From positions 2,073 to 66,072 of the forward strand of contig CAZDPL010000001.1 in NCBI GenBank assembly GCA_964507345.1: a DNA stretch of 64,000 nucleotides, written 5' to 3'. The DNA comes from an uncultured Nitrososphaeria archaeon (GTDB lineage: Archaea; Thermoproteota; Nitrososphaeria_A; Caldarchaeales; Wolframiiraptoraceae). This document shows, one piece after another, positions 20,023 to 29,636 of this stretch. Position 1 is the stretch's first letter. Each line of letters starts with the position of its first letter. Made by a program: the position numbers and the translations under genes. Under the pieces are notes generated by a model. That model searched no databases. It had not been told where the DNA came from and worked only from the letters and a program-made list of their open reading frames with translations.

Positions 20023-21066
20023 ATGACATTATACTTGATAGGGCTTGGCTTAGGATCATCCGAATATCTCACAATTAAAGCTCTGAAGATCTCTGAAAAA
20101 CTGGACAAGCTCTACCTCGATTCCTATACGAGCTTTCTCGAAGAATCTCTAGTCGAAGAACTTAGAGAAAGATTCGGCGAAAAACTGGTCGAGGCAGATC
20201 GCAGTACGCTGGAGGAACATGTAGACGAAATCGTTAAAGAAGCTGAAAATATGGAAGTCGGGATACTCGTCCCAGGAGATCCACTGATAGCTACGACCCA
20301 TGTAGCGATAGTGGTGGAGGCTGCGAAGAGAAATGTTCCCTATAAAATAGTTCACGGAGTATCCGCCCACTGCGCTCTAATATCCGCCTCCTGCCTACAA
20401 GCCTACAAATTCGGAAGAGTTACCACGATTCCGAAAAGCGGGCTGGGAATCGAAACGTGTTACCGCGTGATCGAGGAGAACATGGAACGGGGCTTGCATA
20501 CACTAATCCTACTCGACACAGCTGACGGAGGACTTAGGATACCAGAAGCGCTAAGCCTATTACGTAAAGCCGAAGAAAAGCTAGGCCGAGGAATAATAAA
20601 ACAGGACAGGCTAGTCATATGCCTAGCGAGAATAGGATTTGAAGACGAATTCAAATGGGCTGGCAAACTTCAAGACGCTATGAAAAAAGATTACCCACCC
20701 CCTCCCCACAGCATAATCCTACCAGGAGACCTCCACTTCGCCGAAGCGGAGGCATTAAAAAGAATTTTAAAAGCTGATGAATCGACAATCGATTCCCATG
20801 TTCCGATTAAATCTTGGCGAGCTAGGCTTACAAAATACGTTGCAAACGTTGAAAATGCTTTAAAGACTCTGAACATTACTGAGGACTCATCAAGAGTGCG
20901 GGAAGTTCTGGAACTAGTGAAGAGCTATGTCGAGGATTCAACTCGATTCCAAAAGGAGCGGAGGCTCTTTGAATCTCTTGCCGCAATATCTTACGCAGAA
21001 GGGCTATTAGACTGTCTAAGAATTCTAGGTAAAGCAAATTTCTCATGGAGGTCGCCAACAAGCTAG
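20023..21066 (+). CDS. dph5: Diphthine synthase Dph5 fused to a C-terminal DUF357 domain
   Basis: LYLIGLGL, SYTS, PGDPLIATTH, YKFGRVTT, GLHTLILLD; tail YVEDS...SLAAISYAEGLLDCLR. Confidence 0.92.
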   Translation: MTLYLIGLGLGSSEYLTIKALKISEKLDKLYLDSYTSFLEESLVEELRERFGEKLVEADRSTLEEHVDEIVKEAENMEVGILVPGDPLIATTHVAIVVEAAKRNVPYKIVHGVSAHCALISASCLQAYKFGRVTTIPKSGLGIETCYRVIEENMERGLHTLILLDTADGGLRIPEALSLLRKAEEKLGRGIIKQDRLVICLARIGFEDEFKWAGKLQDAMKKDYPPPPHSIILPGDLHFAEAEALKRILKADESTIDSHVPIKSWRARLTKYVANVENALKTLNITEDSSRVREVLELVKSYVEDSTRFQKERRLFESLAAISYAEGLLDCLRILGKANFSWRSPTS

Positions 21067-21192
21067 GTTGGCCAGAAGTTCTAAAGTTCTAAAAACCCCA
21101 TGGAAAAATCCTGTAAAAGGAGCCAAAAACTTCTTTATAATCTCAACAGCCTTCTCGCGATTTTCCAGCTTTAGGTCTGTTTTATAGGCTGG

Positions 21193-21210
21193 TTATACAT
21201 CCATGTGTAA
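21193..21210. promoter_or_regulatory. Candidate operator palindrome upstream of the ECF operon
   Basis: TTATACAT-CC-ATGTGTAA, 7 of 8 positions symmetric, ~25 nt upstream of TTTTATAT. Confidence 0.4.
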
Positions 21211-21270
21211 ATTGAATGACCTCGCATTCAGAAGATTTTATATGCAGGTGTAAAATATGGAGGTGCGCCT

Positions 21271-21834
21271 ATGAGCTCTGGAGAGGTTAAGTATTCGAGA
21301 CCTGATGCTTTAACGGCTACGGCCTACGTAGTCATGGCCGCTGCAGTAACTGGCGTAGGCTTTTTGCTAACGGCTCCGATACCGCTGATTCCAGGCGCTA
21401 TCCATTGGAGGGTCTTGGCATTCCTTCCATGCATATTCGGAGTTCTCTTCGGCCCAATCGTCGGATTTCTTGCGGGAGCTTTAGGCAATACGCTATGGGC
21501 TGTGCTTGGAGGCTACTTTAACCCTGCTACTCCGATCTTCGACTTGATAGGAGTCGGCTTAACAGGACTTTTACCTGGGCTTTTCTGCAAGCCCGAAGAC
21601 GCTATGAACGCTAAGGGTCTGCTGAAGATAATGGTGGTATCTTTCATCTCGGGAGTGATCATGGTTCCGATCGTTGCGATAGGCTTCGACTGGGTGGGAG
21701 TAGCGCCATTCGGGCCAGCAGTAGTCTTCTTATCGCTAAGCGACCTTCCACCAATCCTGATAGGAACGCCGATAGTGGTGAAGGCTATAGTCCCCCCGCT
21801 TGTTAGGAGGAAGCTTTTAGGATGGCGGCTGTAA
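21271..21834 (+). CDS. ECF transporter substrate-specific (S) component
   Basis: ~190-aa hydrophobic protein, GVLFGPIVGFLAGALGN motif, precedes ECF A and T genes. Confidence 0.85.
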   Translation: MSSGEVKYSRPDALTATAYVVMAAAVTGVGFLLTAPIPLIPGAIHWRVLAFLPCIFGVLFGPIVGFLAGALGNTLWAVLGGYFNPATPIFDLIGVGLTGLLPGLFCKPEDAMNAKGLLKIMVVSFISGVIMVPIVAIGFDWVGVAPFGPAVVFLSLSDLPPILIGTPIVVKAIVPPLVRRKLLGWRL

Positions 21835-23306
21835 AGGAGGATGGACTTCGAGTTGAGGGTCTAGGCTGTAGGTATGATAAATACTGGATCTTCCGAGACT
21901 TAAACTTCGCAGTAAAGCCTGGCGAAGCCGTCGCGATTATAGGACCAAGCGGGTCGGGAAAAACTACGCTAGCTTACTGTCTTGCTGGGATAATACCGAA
22001 TAGAATCAAAGCCGAAGTTGAAGGGAAAGTCCTCGTAGATGGGAGGAACGTTCTAACCTCGAAACTTAAAGAAAACGTCAAAGTCATAAACATCATATTG
22101 CAGAACTATGAAATGCAAATCTTCGGACTAACCGTTGAAGAAGACTTAGCTTTCGGCTTAGAAAACCTCGGTCTCGAGGAAGAAGAAATCAAGGCGAGAA
22201 TAAACTGGGCTCTTGAAATGTTTGGGCTATCGAAGTATAGATCTTACTATGTCCACGAACTATCTGGAGGACTTCGACAAAGGCTTGCCATAGCATCATC
22301 AATAGTCACAGCGCCGAAATACTTGGTGATGGACGATCCAACGGCAAACCTAGACTGGAGGGGAATACTTGAGCTAAATGAGAATATCCAGAAGCTAAAA
22401 GCGGAGGGAAAAGGCGTAATCATAATGGCGAGAAGACTTAAAGGACTTGAAGAATCAATTGATAAAGTAATCCATCTAAATACCAGAGAAAGAAGTTTCA
22501 AAAACTCCGTAAACCACTGCTTGAAGAACTCAAATAAAATCCAAGTAAATGATCCAGCAATAATATTCGAAAACGTTTGGTTCAAATACGCAAGGGAATA
22601 CGTATTGAAGGAAGTCAACCTAAAGATTTCAAAGGGACAATGCGTCGCCCTAATGGGTCCAAACGGCTCCGGGAAAACCACCTTAGTCAAACACATTAAT
22701 GGGCTGCTCAAACCGATAAAGGGCCGGGTCTTAGTTTTAGGTAACGACACTAGGGAATGCAGTCCAGCTCAGCTAGCGAGATATGTGGCCTTTGTTTTTC
22801 AAGATCCAGATAAACATATCACTTGTGAAACCGTTTGGGATGAAGTAATGTTTGGTCCAAGAAATCTAGGGCTCAGTGAGCGTTACGCCGAAGAAGCGCT
22901 GAGAACGCTAGGGCTTCTAGAGCGGAAGAATGATCCGCCGTATCTTCTAAGCATGGGCGAGAAAATCAGGGTCTCAATAGCTGGAGCATTATCAATGAAT
23001 CCCGAGGTCCTGATACTCGACGAGCCGACGACTGGACAAGATGAGGAAACACTCTCGATAATATCATCCGTGATAAATCGATTAAAATCCATGGGCAAAA
23101 CCGTGCTTGTAGTTACTCACGACAGCGACTTCGCTTTAAGCGTAAGCGATAGAGTGATAGTAATGAAAGAAGGCGTTATCGCCGCGGATGCCGCTCCAAA
23201 AGACATATTGCTAAATGAGGTTGTTGTCAATGAGTTAGGTCTAGAACCTCCGACGATTCTTCTTGAATCTAGCGTTAAGGCTGCGGAGGCGATAGCATAT
23301 GATTAA
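21822..23306 (+). CDS. ECF transporter ATPase with two fused NBDs
   Basis: Two Walker A motifs (GPSGSGKT, GPNGSGKT), LSGG/LSMG signatures, TVEEDLAFGLENLG. Confidence 0.92.
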   Translation: MAAVKEDGLRVEGLGCRYDKYWIFRDLNFAVKPGEAVAIIGPSGSGKTTLAYCLAGIIPNRIKAEVEGKVLVDGRNVLTSKLKENVKVINIILQNYEMQIFGLTVEEDLAFGLENLGLEEEEIKARINWALEMFGLSKYRSYYVHELSGGLRQRLAIASSIVTAPKYLVMDDPTANLDWRGILELNENIQKLKAEGKGVIIMARRLKGLEESIDKVIHLNTRERSFKNSVNHCLKNSNKIQVNDPAIIFENVWFKYAREYVLKEVNLKISKGQCVALMGPNGSGKTTLVKHINGLLKPIKGRVLVLGNDTRECSPAQLARYVAFVFQDPDKHITCETVWDEVMFGPRNLGLSERYAEEALRTLGLLERKNDPPYLLSMGEKIRVSIAGALSMNPEVLILDEPTTGQDEETLSIISSVINRLKSMGKTVLVVTHDSDFALSVSDRVIVMKEGVIAADAAPKDILLNEVVVNELGLEPPTILLESSVKAAEAIAYD

Positions 23307-24018
23307 GCTCGATCTTGATCCCAGAACTAAGGTGATAGCTTTCTCATCTGTAATAGCTTTGGTTTTCATCTGCAAAGATGTCATCGTGATGTTGGCTCTC
23401 GTGGCCGCCGCTCTCGCAACAGCGCTTCTAAGTGAGAGGAGAAATTTCATCGCCAGAGGACTTAAAACCATGGCGCCGCTTCTATTGGTTGCCTTCTTCT
23501 TATGGTCTTTTATGCATGAGTGGTCGATATTCCAGCGATATAGTGAAGGAACAAATTTCCAGCTTGGAGCATTTATGACTCTTAGACTTTTCCTCATACT
23601 TCTGGCCTCCTTAGAATTTGTTGCAATGATCGGGCCAAGCGAACTCATTAAAGCTTTGAACTCGTTCAGGCTACCCTATAAAGCGGTTTTCATCCTAGGT
23701 CTCACCATGAGACATCTCTACACGATAGCTGACGATTACAGAGCAATCAAGGAAGCGCAGGCATCGAGAGGTCTCGAACTGGATAAGGGATCATTAACGA
23801 AAAGAATCAAAAACTACATCCCAGTGCTAATACCCCTCTTCGTTAGGAGCATAGAAAACGCAGAGAAGCTCACTTTAGCAATGGAGCTTAGATCCTTCTC
23901 ATTTAAGAGAAAGCGATACCTTACTCAAAAGCTCAAACCAGCTGACATCCTATTAATCTCCATCTTCTTCATAGCGATAACTTTAGCGATTTCCCACTAT
24001 TGGATAGGGGTACTTTAA
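23299..24018 (+). CDS. ecfT: ECF transporter transmembrane T component
   Basis: LDPRTK start, AQASRG and AMELR conserved Arg motifs. Confidence 0.92.
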   Translation: MIKLDLDPRTKVIAFSSVIALVFICKDVIVMLALVAAALATALLSERRNFIARGLKTMAPLLLVAFFLWSFMHEWSIFQRYSEGTNFQLGAFMTLRLFLILLASLEFVAMIGPSELIKALNSFRLPYKAVFILGLTMRHLYTIADDYRAIKEAQASRGLELDKGSLTKRIKNYIPVLIPLFVRSIENAEKLTLAMELRSFSFKRKRYLTQKLKPADILLISIFFIAITLAISHYWIGVL

Positions 24019-24019
24019 A

Positions 24020-24634
24020 ATGACGGAGCGAATCGCATTATACAGAGGACAGAAATACTATAGAATAAGAATCGGCAGCGTCACCAGAGACCTTCCCATC
24101 GTCCAAGTTGATGAGGATCTATGGATAGCATCAAATGCGGGGATAATATTAGGTGATATAGAATTCATATCTGCCGCTGCAGAAGCCATGGTGAAAAGGC
24201 TGAAGCCTCTGAGACCCGAAATAGTAATCACTCCTGAAGCCAAGGCAATAGCCTTTGCCTACGAAGTGGCCAAGGCTCTAGGTCACAAAAGGCTGATCAT
24301 AGGCAGAAAAAGCGTAAAGGCATACATGAAAGATTATCTAATCGAAGAAGTTAAATCAATAACCACGCGAGAGAAGCAGGTAATCGTGCTGACCAAGGAA
24401 GATGCTGATTACGTGGCTGGTAAGCGGGTCTGCCTTCTCGATGATGTCGTCTCAACTGGAGGCACGATCAAGGCTCTCGAAAAACTAGTCGAAAAAGCTG
24501 GAGGAAAAATAGTATGCAAGGCCGCAATCTGGATAGAAGGCCCGTGGTATAAAGGAGACTTAATTTACCTTGGGGAGTTGCCGATATTCGTTACAGAGCG
24601 CAAGCTCCAATCAATTAAAGAATCTCTCACGTAA
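24020..24634 (+). CDS. Purine (adenine-type) phosphoribosyltransferase
   Basis: PEAKAI, RKSVKAYM, VKSITT, PRPP-binding LLDDVVSTGGT. Confidence 0.88.
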   Translation: MTERIALYRGQKYYRIRIGSVTRDLPIVQVDEDLWIASNAGIILGDIEFISAAAEAMVKRLKPLRPEIVITPEAKAIAFAYEVAKALGHKRLIIGRKSVKAYMKDYLIEEVKSITTREKQVIVLTKEDADYVAGKRVCLLDDVVSTGGTIKALEKLVEKAGGKIVCKAAIWIEGPWYKGDLIYLGELPIFVTERKLQSIKESLT

Positions 24635-24730
24635 AAATCTCTTCTTTATCTTTCAATTACTTTGTTCTGTAAAAATTTACGTAGCCGATAATGCTAGGAT
24701 TAAATAGGCTCTTTCAAGACTATTCTGCTA

Positions 24731-25198
24731 GTGGCGTGGATGAGGAAGCGCGTTCTGGCTTCAGGAGCTTTTGAATTAATCCACTCAGGACATGTGAAGT
24801 TTCTAGAAGAGGCAAGGAAACTTGGTGGAGAAAACTCGGAATTGATTGTCGTGGTTGCTAGGGATGAAACCATTCGAAGGAGGAAGAGGAGGGAGCCTAT
24901 CCTAGGAGAAGAGTCTCGCAGATACATTGTTTCGATGCTTAAGCCCGTTGATAAAGCAATCTTAGGCCATGTGCCATTTTCCTTTAGCAAAGTGATCGAA
25001 GAAGTTAAGCCTGACCTAGTAGTGTTCGGACATGATCAGGAGGATTTAATGAAAGAGTTTATCGACTTCGTTAAGAGAGAAAACTTGAAAATAGAAATCG
25101 CGAAAGTGGGGAAATTTTCATCAGGAGATCCTTGTAGCACCAGCGAGATAATTCAGAAAATATCTAAGATGCTCAAGTCCGTTGTCGAGAAGACATAA
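24731..25198 (+). CDS. ribL: FAD synthase (archaeal, cytidylyltransferase family)
   Basis: GAFELIHSGH, VVVARD, GHDQ, STSEII. Confidence 0.85.
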   Translation: MAWMRKRVLASGAFELIHSGHVKFLEEARKLGGENSELIVVVARDETIRRRKRREPILGEESRRYIVSMLKPVDKAILGHVPFSFSKVIEEVKPDLVVFGHDQEDLMKEFIDFVKRENLKIEIAKVGKFSSGDPCSTSEIIQKISKMLKSVVEKT

Positions 25199-25243
25199 CC
25201 TTAACCCGTCGATCTACATGTTTTAGAAACTCGCTTACATTCT

Positions 25244-25948
25244 TCAAATCTTTGACGATAGATTTATGGGGGAAATTTTAACCTTAAGAGTTACTTTGTC
25301 GCCGTCTTTTAGGTTAAACTTTTTCCGCAGGCATACTGGAGCGACTATCTCGATTACGTTCTTTGAGTAGTGGGTTCTTTCGATGAAGATTATGAAAACC
25401 TCCTCTCCATCGAGAAGTCCTCGAATGCATTTTGCCCCTCCATAAGCTCTCACGCCATTAGAGAATCCTTCTATAACTACATCCGCCGCTTTTTCCAAAA
25501 GCATGCGTTTGAGAATATCCTCTTTCTTAACGAGTCTTAGATTTAACGTTCCTGGATATGGTTTGAAGCCAAGTTTTCTTTTGAATTCATCTAAGTAATG
25601 CGGTAACTGGGTATAGTATGCTCCTTCGCCTAAGCCTGTGAACACTACTCCTTCCAATTTCACTTCGGACTCCTTTTCGAAAATATCTTTCAGCTGGATA
25701 TGCATTTCGAGAAGTTCTTTCAAAGCTTTCTCAGTCAGCCTAATTTTTCGAAATCTACCAACCCCCTCTCTTTCAAGGAATCCCTCCTTTTCCAATTCTA
25801 TCAAGATCCTTGAGGCAGATTGTTGAGAAATTTTGAGTTCTTCCGCAAGTTTTACCGTTGAGAGGGGCAACCCTTCTGTAAGTGCTCCATGTTTTGCGAG
25901 ATATAATATGACTCTGCCTTTAAGGTTCAGGATGTTTCCGAATTGCAT
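25244..25948 (-). CDS. ribK: CTP-dependent riboflavin kinase with N-terminal wHTH (RbkR-type)
   Basis: ISQQSASRIL HTH; GLGEGAYY, PYPGTLN, ERTHY, LKDGD. Confidence 0.93.
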   Translation of the reverse strand: MQFGNILNLKGRVILYLAKHGALTEGLPLSTVKLAEELKISQQSASRILIELEKEGFLEREGVGRFRKIRLTEKALKELLEMHIQLKDIFEKESEVKLEGVVFTGLGEGAYYTQLPHYLDEFKRKLGFKPYPGTLNLRLVKKEDILKRMLLEKAADVVIEGFSNGVRAYGGAKCIRGLLDGEEVFIIFIERTHYSKNVIEIVAPVCLRKKFNLKDGDKVTLKVKISPINLSSKI

Positions 25949-25954
25949 GATAAA

Positions 25955-26560
25955 TTAGAGAGTGATCGTCTCGTTTATCTTCAATCCTTCCTTCGTAAAC
26001 AATAGCAAGTCTATTCCGTTTCCGCTTGCTGCATCTCTCGAGATTGAGGCTTTAACAGCTTTGATCGCAAGCTCCCTAAGTTCTTCCGGTTTTAGGTTCG
26101 ATTTGTAATTGCTTTCTATTACTCCTATTGCTATTTCCGCGCCTGATCCCACTACGGCGTAGTCGTCTTCGATCATTGAGCCGAGTGGGTCGAGTACGAT
26201 TATGTGGGCGCCTGTGTCGTCGAAGCCTCCGACTATTGTTTCAGTAAGGTATGGAACGAATCGGCTGCTGAATAGGTAGTTTGAGAGAACTTTGGCGACT
26301 GTTCGCACTTGAGGCTCCCGTTTATACGTGTACTTGTAGAGGTTGATTTCAGCTTGGGCGTCGCGGATGAGGGTTTGCATATCTCCTACGAGTCCTGCGC
26401 ATGCTGCTCCAATTTTGGATGTTATCTGGAATACCTTTCTAACGTTTTTGCTCATGACAAAGTAGCCGTAGGTGAGCCTTTTCTCGGATGCGAGAATAAC
26501 TCCCGTTTCGGTTTTTATTCCGATCGTGGTCGCGCCAGGATACGGAAAACGCTGAGCCAT
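25955..26560 (-). CDS. psmB: Proteasome beta subunit
   Basis: Short propeptide then TTIGI, AGLVGD, GSG, RDAASGNG. Confidence 0.95.
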   Translation of the reverse strand: MAQRFPYPGATTIGIKTETGVILASEKRLTYGYFVMSKNVRKVFQITSKIGAACAGLVGDMQTLIRDAQAEINLYKYTYKREPQVRTVAKVLSNYLFSSRFVPYLTETIVGGFDDTGAHIIVLDPLGSMIEDDYAVVGSGAEIAIGVIESNYKSNLKPEELRELAIKAVKASISRDAASGNGIDLLLFTKEGLKINETITL

Positions 26561-26652
26561 TATTCTTAACCCGGGTAAACCAGCATCCTTCCAGCTCTTA
26601 ACTGTTACTACGGCTTTTCAGGCGCGTTTTCTCGGTAAAACAGCTTATTTGG

Positions 26653-27441
26653 TCAAACTTTCTGGAAAACTATCTCATCGCCGGGCGAGATTCCGAAACG
26701 AGAGGCCGCGTTTCCTCTGTTGATAGAAAATTCGATATATCCCGTTCCACCATCTGTTATCAGCGGATTTCCCACCGGAGCGTACGCATAAGCTTTTACG
26801 TATCTGCATTTTACCTGCTTACCAGCTGCGGTCACCATGACTTCCTCGCCATGTCTTGCGAAGAATTTTTCTGAGGGGATGTTCGTGATTACGTTTCCAA
26901 ATCTGTCGACATGCATTACCTTGGCCTCGATCTTGCTTTCAGAAAACTTTGGTTCAGGTAGCTTAAGCTTAACGCATTCGGAAGTTTTCATCCCGATCTC
27001 GTTTAAGGATCTTCCAGCGGCTAGCATTCCCGCGACGTGGGCGAAAACATCTCGTCCATGAAATGTTTCGCATTTCCTAGGTGGAAGTTTCGATTCATCT
27101 ATCATATACACGGATTTTATCCCAAGTTCTTCAGCTGCTGGAACCATGAAGCCTGTGTCCGGTCCTATGAACAGATCTCCTCTACTCGTCTCTATTACTA
27201 TACTTCTTCTCTCGGATCCCACTCCGGGGTCAACCACGCAGACATGGATTGTTCCACGTGGCATATGCGGCGCGCTGATCTTAAGGATGAAGGCTGCTTG
27301 GATTTCGTTAAAGGCTGAAACCTCGTGCGTTAGGTCGATTATGGCCGCGTCTCTGACGTAGGACAGTATTACGGCCTTGATTTGCGCGACGTAGGGATCC
27401 TTAAGACCATAATCTGTCAGAAGCGAGATTACGGGCTTCAC
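26653..27441 (-). CDS. SAM hydroxide adenosyltransferase (DUF62, chlorinase/fluorinase family)
   Basis: LLTDYG, IDLTH, VVDPGVGSER, TFHGRDVFA, DRFGNVITN. Confidence 0.93.
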   Translation of the reverse strand: MKPVISLLTDYGLKDPYVAQIKAVILSYVRDAAIIDLTHEVSAFNEIQAAFILKISAPHMPRGTIHVCVVDPGVGSERRSIVIETSRGDLFIGPDTGFMVPAAEELGIKSVYMIDESKLPPRKCETFHGRDVFAHVAGMLAAGRSLNEIGMKTSECVKLKLPEPKFSESKIEAKVMHVDRFGNVITNIPSEKFFARHGEEVMVTAAGKQVKCRYVKAYAYAPVGNPLITDGGTGYIEFSINRGNAASRFGISPGDEIVFQKV

Positions 27442-27460
27442 GCTTAGATCCCCCGGTTAC

Positions 27461-27517
27461 AGGCTCAGCGCTTTTAACTATCTTCATTTCTCCGGCAGCC
27501 AGGAGTCATCATCGCCT
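27461..27517 (-). ncRNA. Box C/D methylation-guide sRNA
   Basis: Minus strand: aggc g ATGATGA ctcctggctgc CGGA gaa ATGAAGA tagttaaaagcg CTGA gcct = C, D', C', D boxes, 11-12 nt guides, 4-bp terminal stem. Confidence 0.85.
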
Positions 27518-27596
27518 AGAATAATTGCGAGCCTTCTGGGATTTTAGTATGCTCCTAATGGAATGAGTTAAGTCGTATCTTTGTCTAGGTTTATTC

Positions 27597-28433
27597 GTGA
27601 TTCGCGTTAGGAAGTTTGATGGAAGCCTTGAGCTATATGATCAGTCGAAGGTTATTAGAACGGCTATTCGAATGGGGCTTGATAGGAAGGCTGCCGAGGA
27701 GCTTGCAGACGAGATCTCCAGCAAAGTCTATGATGGAATTCCAACGAGTGAAATACTGTCACTTATCCATGATCTCGCGAGCAAGATAAGGCCGGAACTG
27801 AAATATGTCGAAAATCTCCGTGAAGCGATTTCGGCGATGAGACCTAAACCAGACTTCGAAGAGTATGTTAGAATAGTTTTGAAGGCTGCTGGATATATGG
27901 TGGAGCCTGGAAGAGTTTTGGAAGGCAGATGCATAGATCATGAGATAGATGGAATAGCTTTCAAGGATGATGAGGTGGCGATTGTTGAAACGAAGCATCA
28001 TGTAAATCCTCACGCCTATACGGGGCTAGATACAGTCCTCCAGCTATGGGCAGCCCTAGAAGACTTGAAAGAGGGACATAGATTGGGGTTCCATAATTAT
28101 CCCTTTACTTCAGCATTGCTGGTATGCAATACGAAGATATCTATGCATGCGGAGCGCTATGCGAGATGCAAAGGAATGAAATACATGGTTTGGAATTATC
28201 CTAGAGCGTTCGCTTTGAGGGACATAATAGCCTCGCATAAAATCTATCCGATCACTATGCTGAAAACGCTTTCAAGAAATCAGATCGCGAAGCTCGGAGA
28301 CATGGGCATAGTAACAATCTCGCAGCTTAAGGAATTGAGAAAGGATGAAGTTGCGAGAATTCTCAACGTAAGCGAGGAGCATTCAGAACATTTACTTAAA
28401 TTAGCTGAGATAATGCTCCAGACACCGCGATAA
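27597..28433 (+). CDS. ATP-cone domain + Mrr-like PD-(D/E)XK endonuclease domain protein
   Basis: VRKFDGSLELYDQSKVIRT ATP cone; FEEYV...HEIDG...VETKHH nuclease motif; HhH-like tail. Confidence 0.85.
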   Translation: MIRVRKFDGSLELYDQSKVIRTAIRMGLDRKAAEELADEISSKVYDGIPTSEILSLIHDLASKIRPELKYVENLREAISAMRPKPDFEEYVRIVLKAAGYMVEPGRVLEGRCIDHEIDGIAFKDDEVAIVETKHHVNPHAYTGLDTVLQLWAALEDLKEGHRLGFHNYPFTSALLVCNTKISMHAERYARCKGMKYMVWNYPRAFALRDIIASHKIYPITMLKTLSRNQIAKLGDMGIVTISQLKELRKDEVARILNVSEEHSEHLLKLAEIMLQTPR

Positions 28434-28465
28434 CCTAATATTTCCTTCATGCAGACTTGCCTCGG

Positions 28466-29539
28466 ATGAGTGAAAAGCTGATAGAAATAGATGGGTCGAT
28501 GGGTGAAGGTGGAGGGCAGATACTTAGAAATGCTGTGGCATTATCCGCCGTCCTGCTGAAGCCTATCCGAGTCTACAATATCAGAGCGAAGCGAAGCAAC
28601 CCGGGGCTTCGCCCTCAGCATCTAACAGGCGTTAAGGCGGTGGCGGCATTATCCTCAGCCGAGGTCTCTGGTCTAAAAGTCGGGTCGAGGGAGATAGTTT
28701 TCAAGCCGAGGAAGCTTAAGGGAGGAAGAATGTTTTTTGATGCTGGAACTGCTGGAAGCACTACGCTCATCCTTCAAAGCCTAATGCCTGTAATGGCCTT
28801 CAGCAATAGCCCGGTCGAAGTCGAACTAAGAGGCGGAACCAATAATCCCATGGCCCCGCCAGTAGAATACTTCAACATGGTTCTTCTCCCAACCCTAGAA
28901 AAGATGGATTGCAAATTCGAAATAACCTTACTCAGGAGGGGTTTCTATCCAAAGGGCGGCGGGGTCATAAGAGCGAGGTCAACCCCGGTTGACAAACTTT
29001 CTCCAATAAAGCTAATCGAAGCTGGGGAGGTGAAGAAGATAACAGGTCTGAGTTATAGTTGCAGACTCCCCTCCCATATCGTGGAACGCATGGCATCAAC
29101 TGCTGAGCGAATTCTAAGGACGAGGGGCTATGATGTAGAGATAAGGAGAGAAGTTCTAAAACCTGGAGATAAAGCATGTTCACTAGATCCGGGCTGTGGA
29201 ATAATCTTAGTCGCCGAGCTCGAATCAGGAGCCTTGCTAGGCTCAGATAACTTAGGGAAACTAGGAGTCCCGGCTGAAAAAGTGGCGGAAGATGCTGTAA
29301 ACGATTTGCTGAAACAAATAGACTCGGGGGCTCCTGTGGATAAGCACCTCGGGGATCAGCTCGTGATCTGGGCATCGCTAGCAGATGGGGTATCGGAATA
29401 CCGAGTCGCCGAGCTGACATCCCATACATTAACCAGCATAGAATTATGCAAGATACTAAGCGGAATCAAGGCGGAAGTTTCAGGAAAACTTGGAGAACCA
29501 GCAACTATAAGGATAGAGGGCATAGGCTTAAAGAGGTAA
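28466..29539 (+). CDS. rtcA: RNA 3'-terminal phosphate cyclase
   Basis: DGSMGEGGGQILR, IRAKR.NPGLRPQH, RRGFYPKGGG, DKHLGDQL. Confidence 0.96.
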   Translation: MSEKLIEIDGSMGEGGGQILRNAVALSAVLLKPIRVYNIRAKRSNPGLRPQHLTGVKAVAALSSAEVSGLKVGSREIVFKPRKLKGGRMFFDAGTAGSTTLILQSLMPVMAFSNSPVEVELRGGTNNPMAPPVEYFNMVLLPTLEKMDCKFEITLLRRGFYPKGGGVIRARSTPVDKLSPIKLIEAGEVKKITGLSYSCRLPSHIVERMASTAERILRTRGYDVEIRREVLKPGDKACSLDPGCGIILVAELESGALLGSDNLGKLGVPAEKVAEDAVNDLLKQIDSGAPVDKHLGDQLVIWASLADGVSEYRVAELTSHTLTSIELCKILSGIKAEVSGKLGEPATIRIEGIGLKR

Positions 29540-29636
29540 CTCCACATTTCGTTTTCTCTCCTCTCAAGAGAATTCACGATCACGATGTTCAGGGTTAACT
29601 TTGTTGGATTCTCGGAGAATAAAACACTTATAACCT

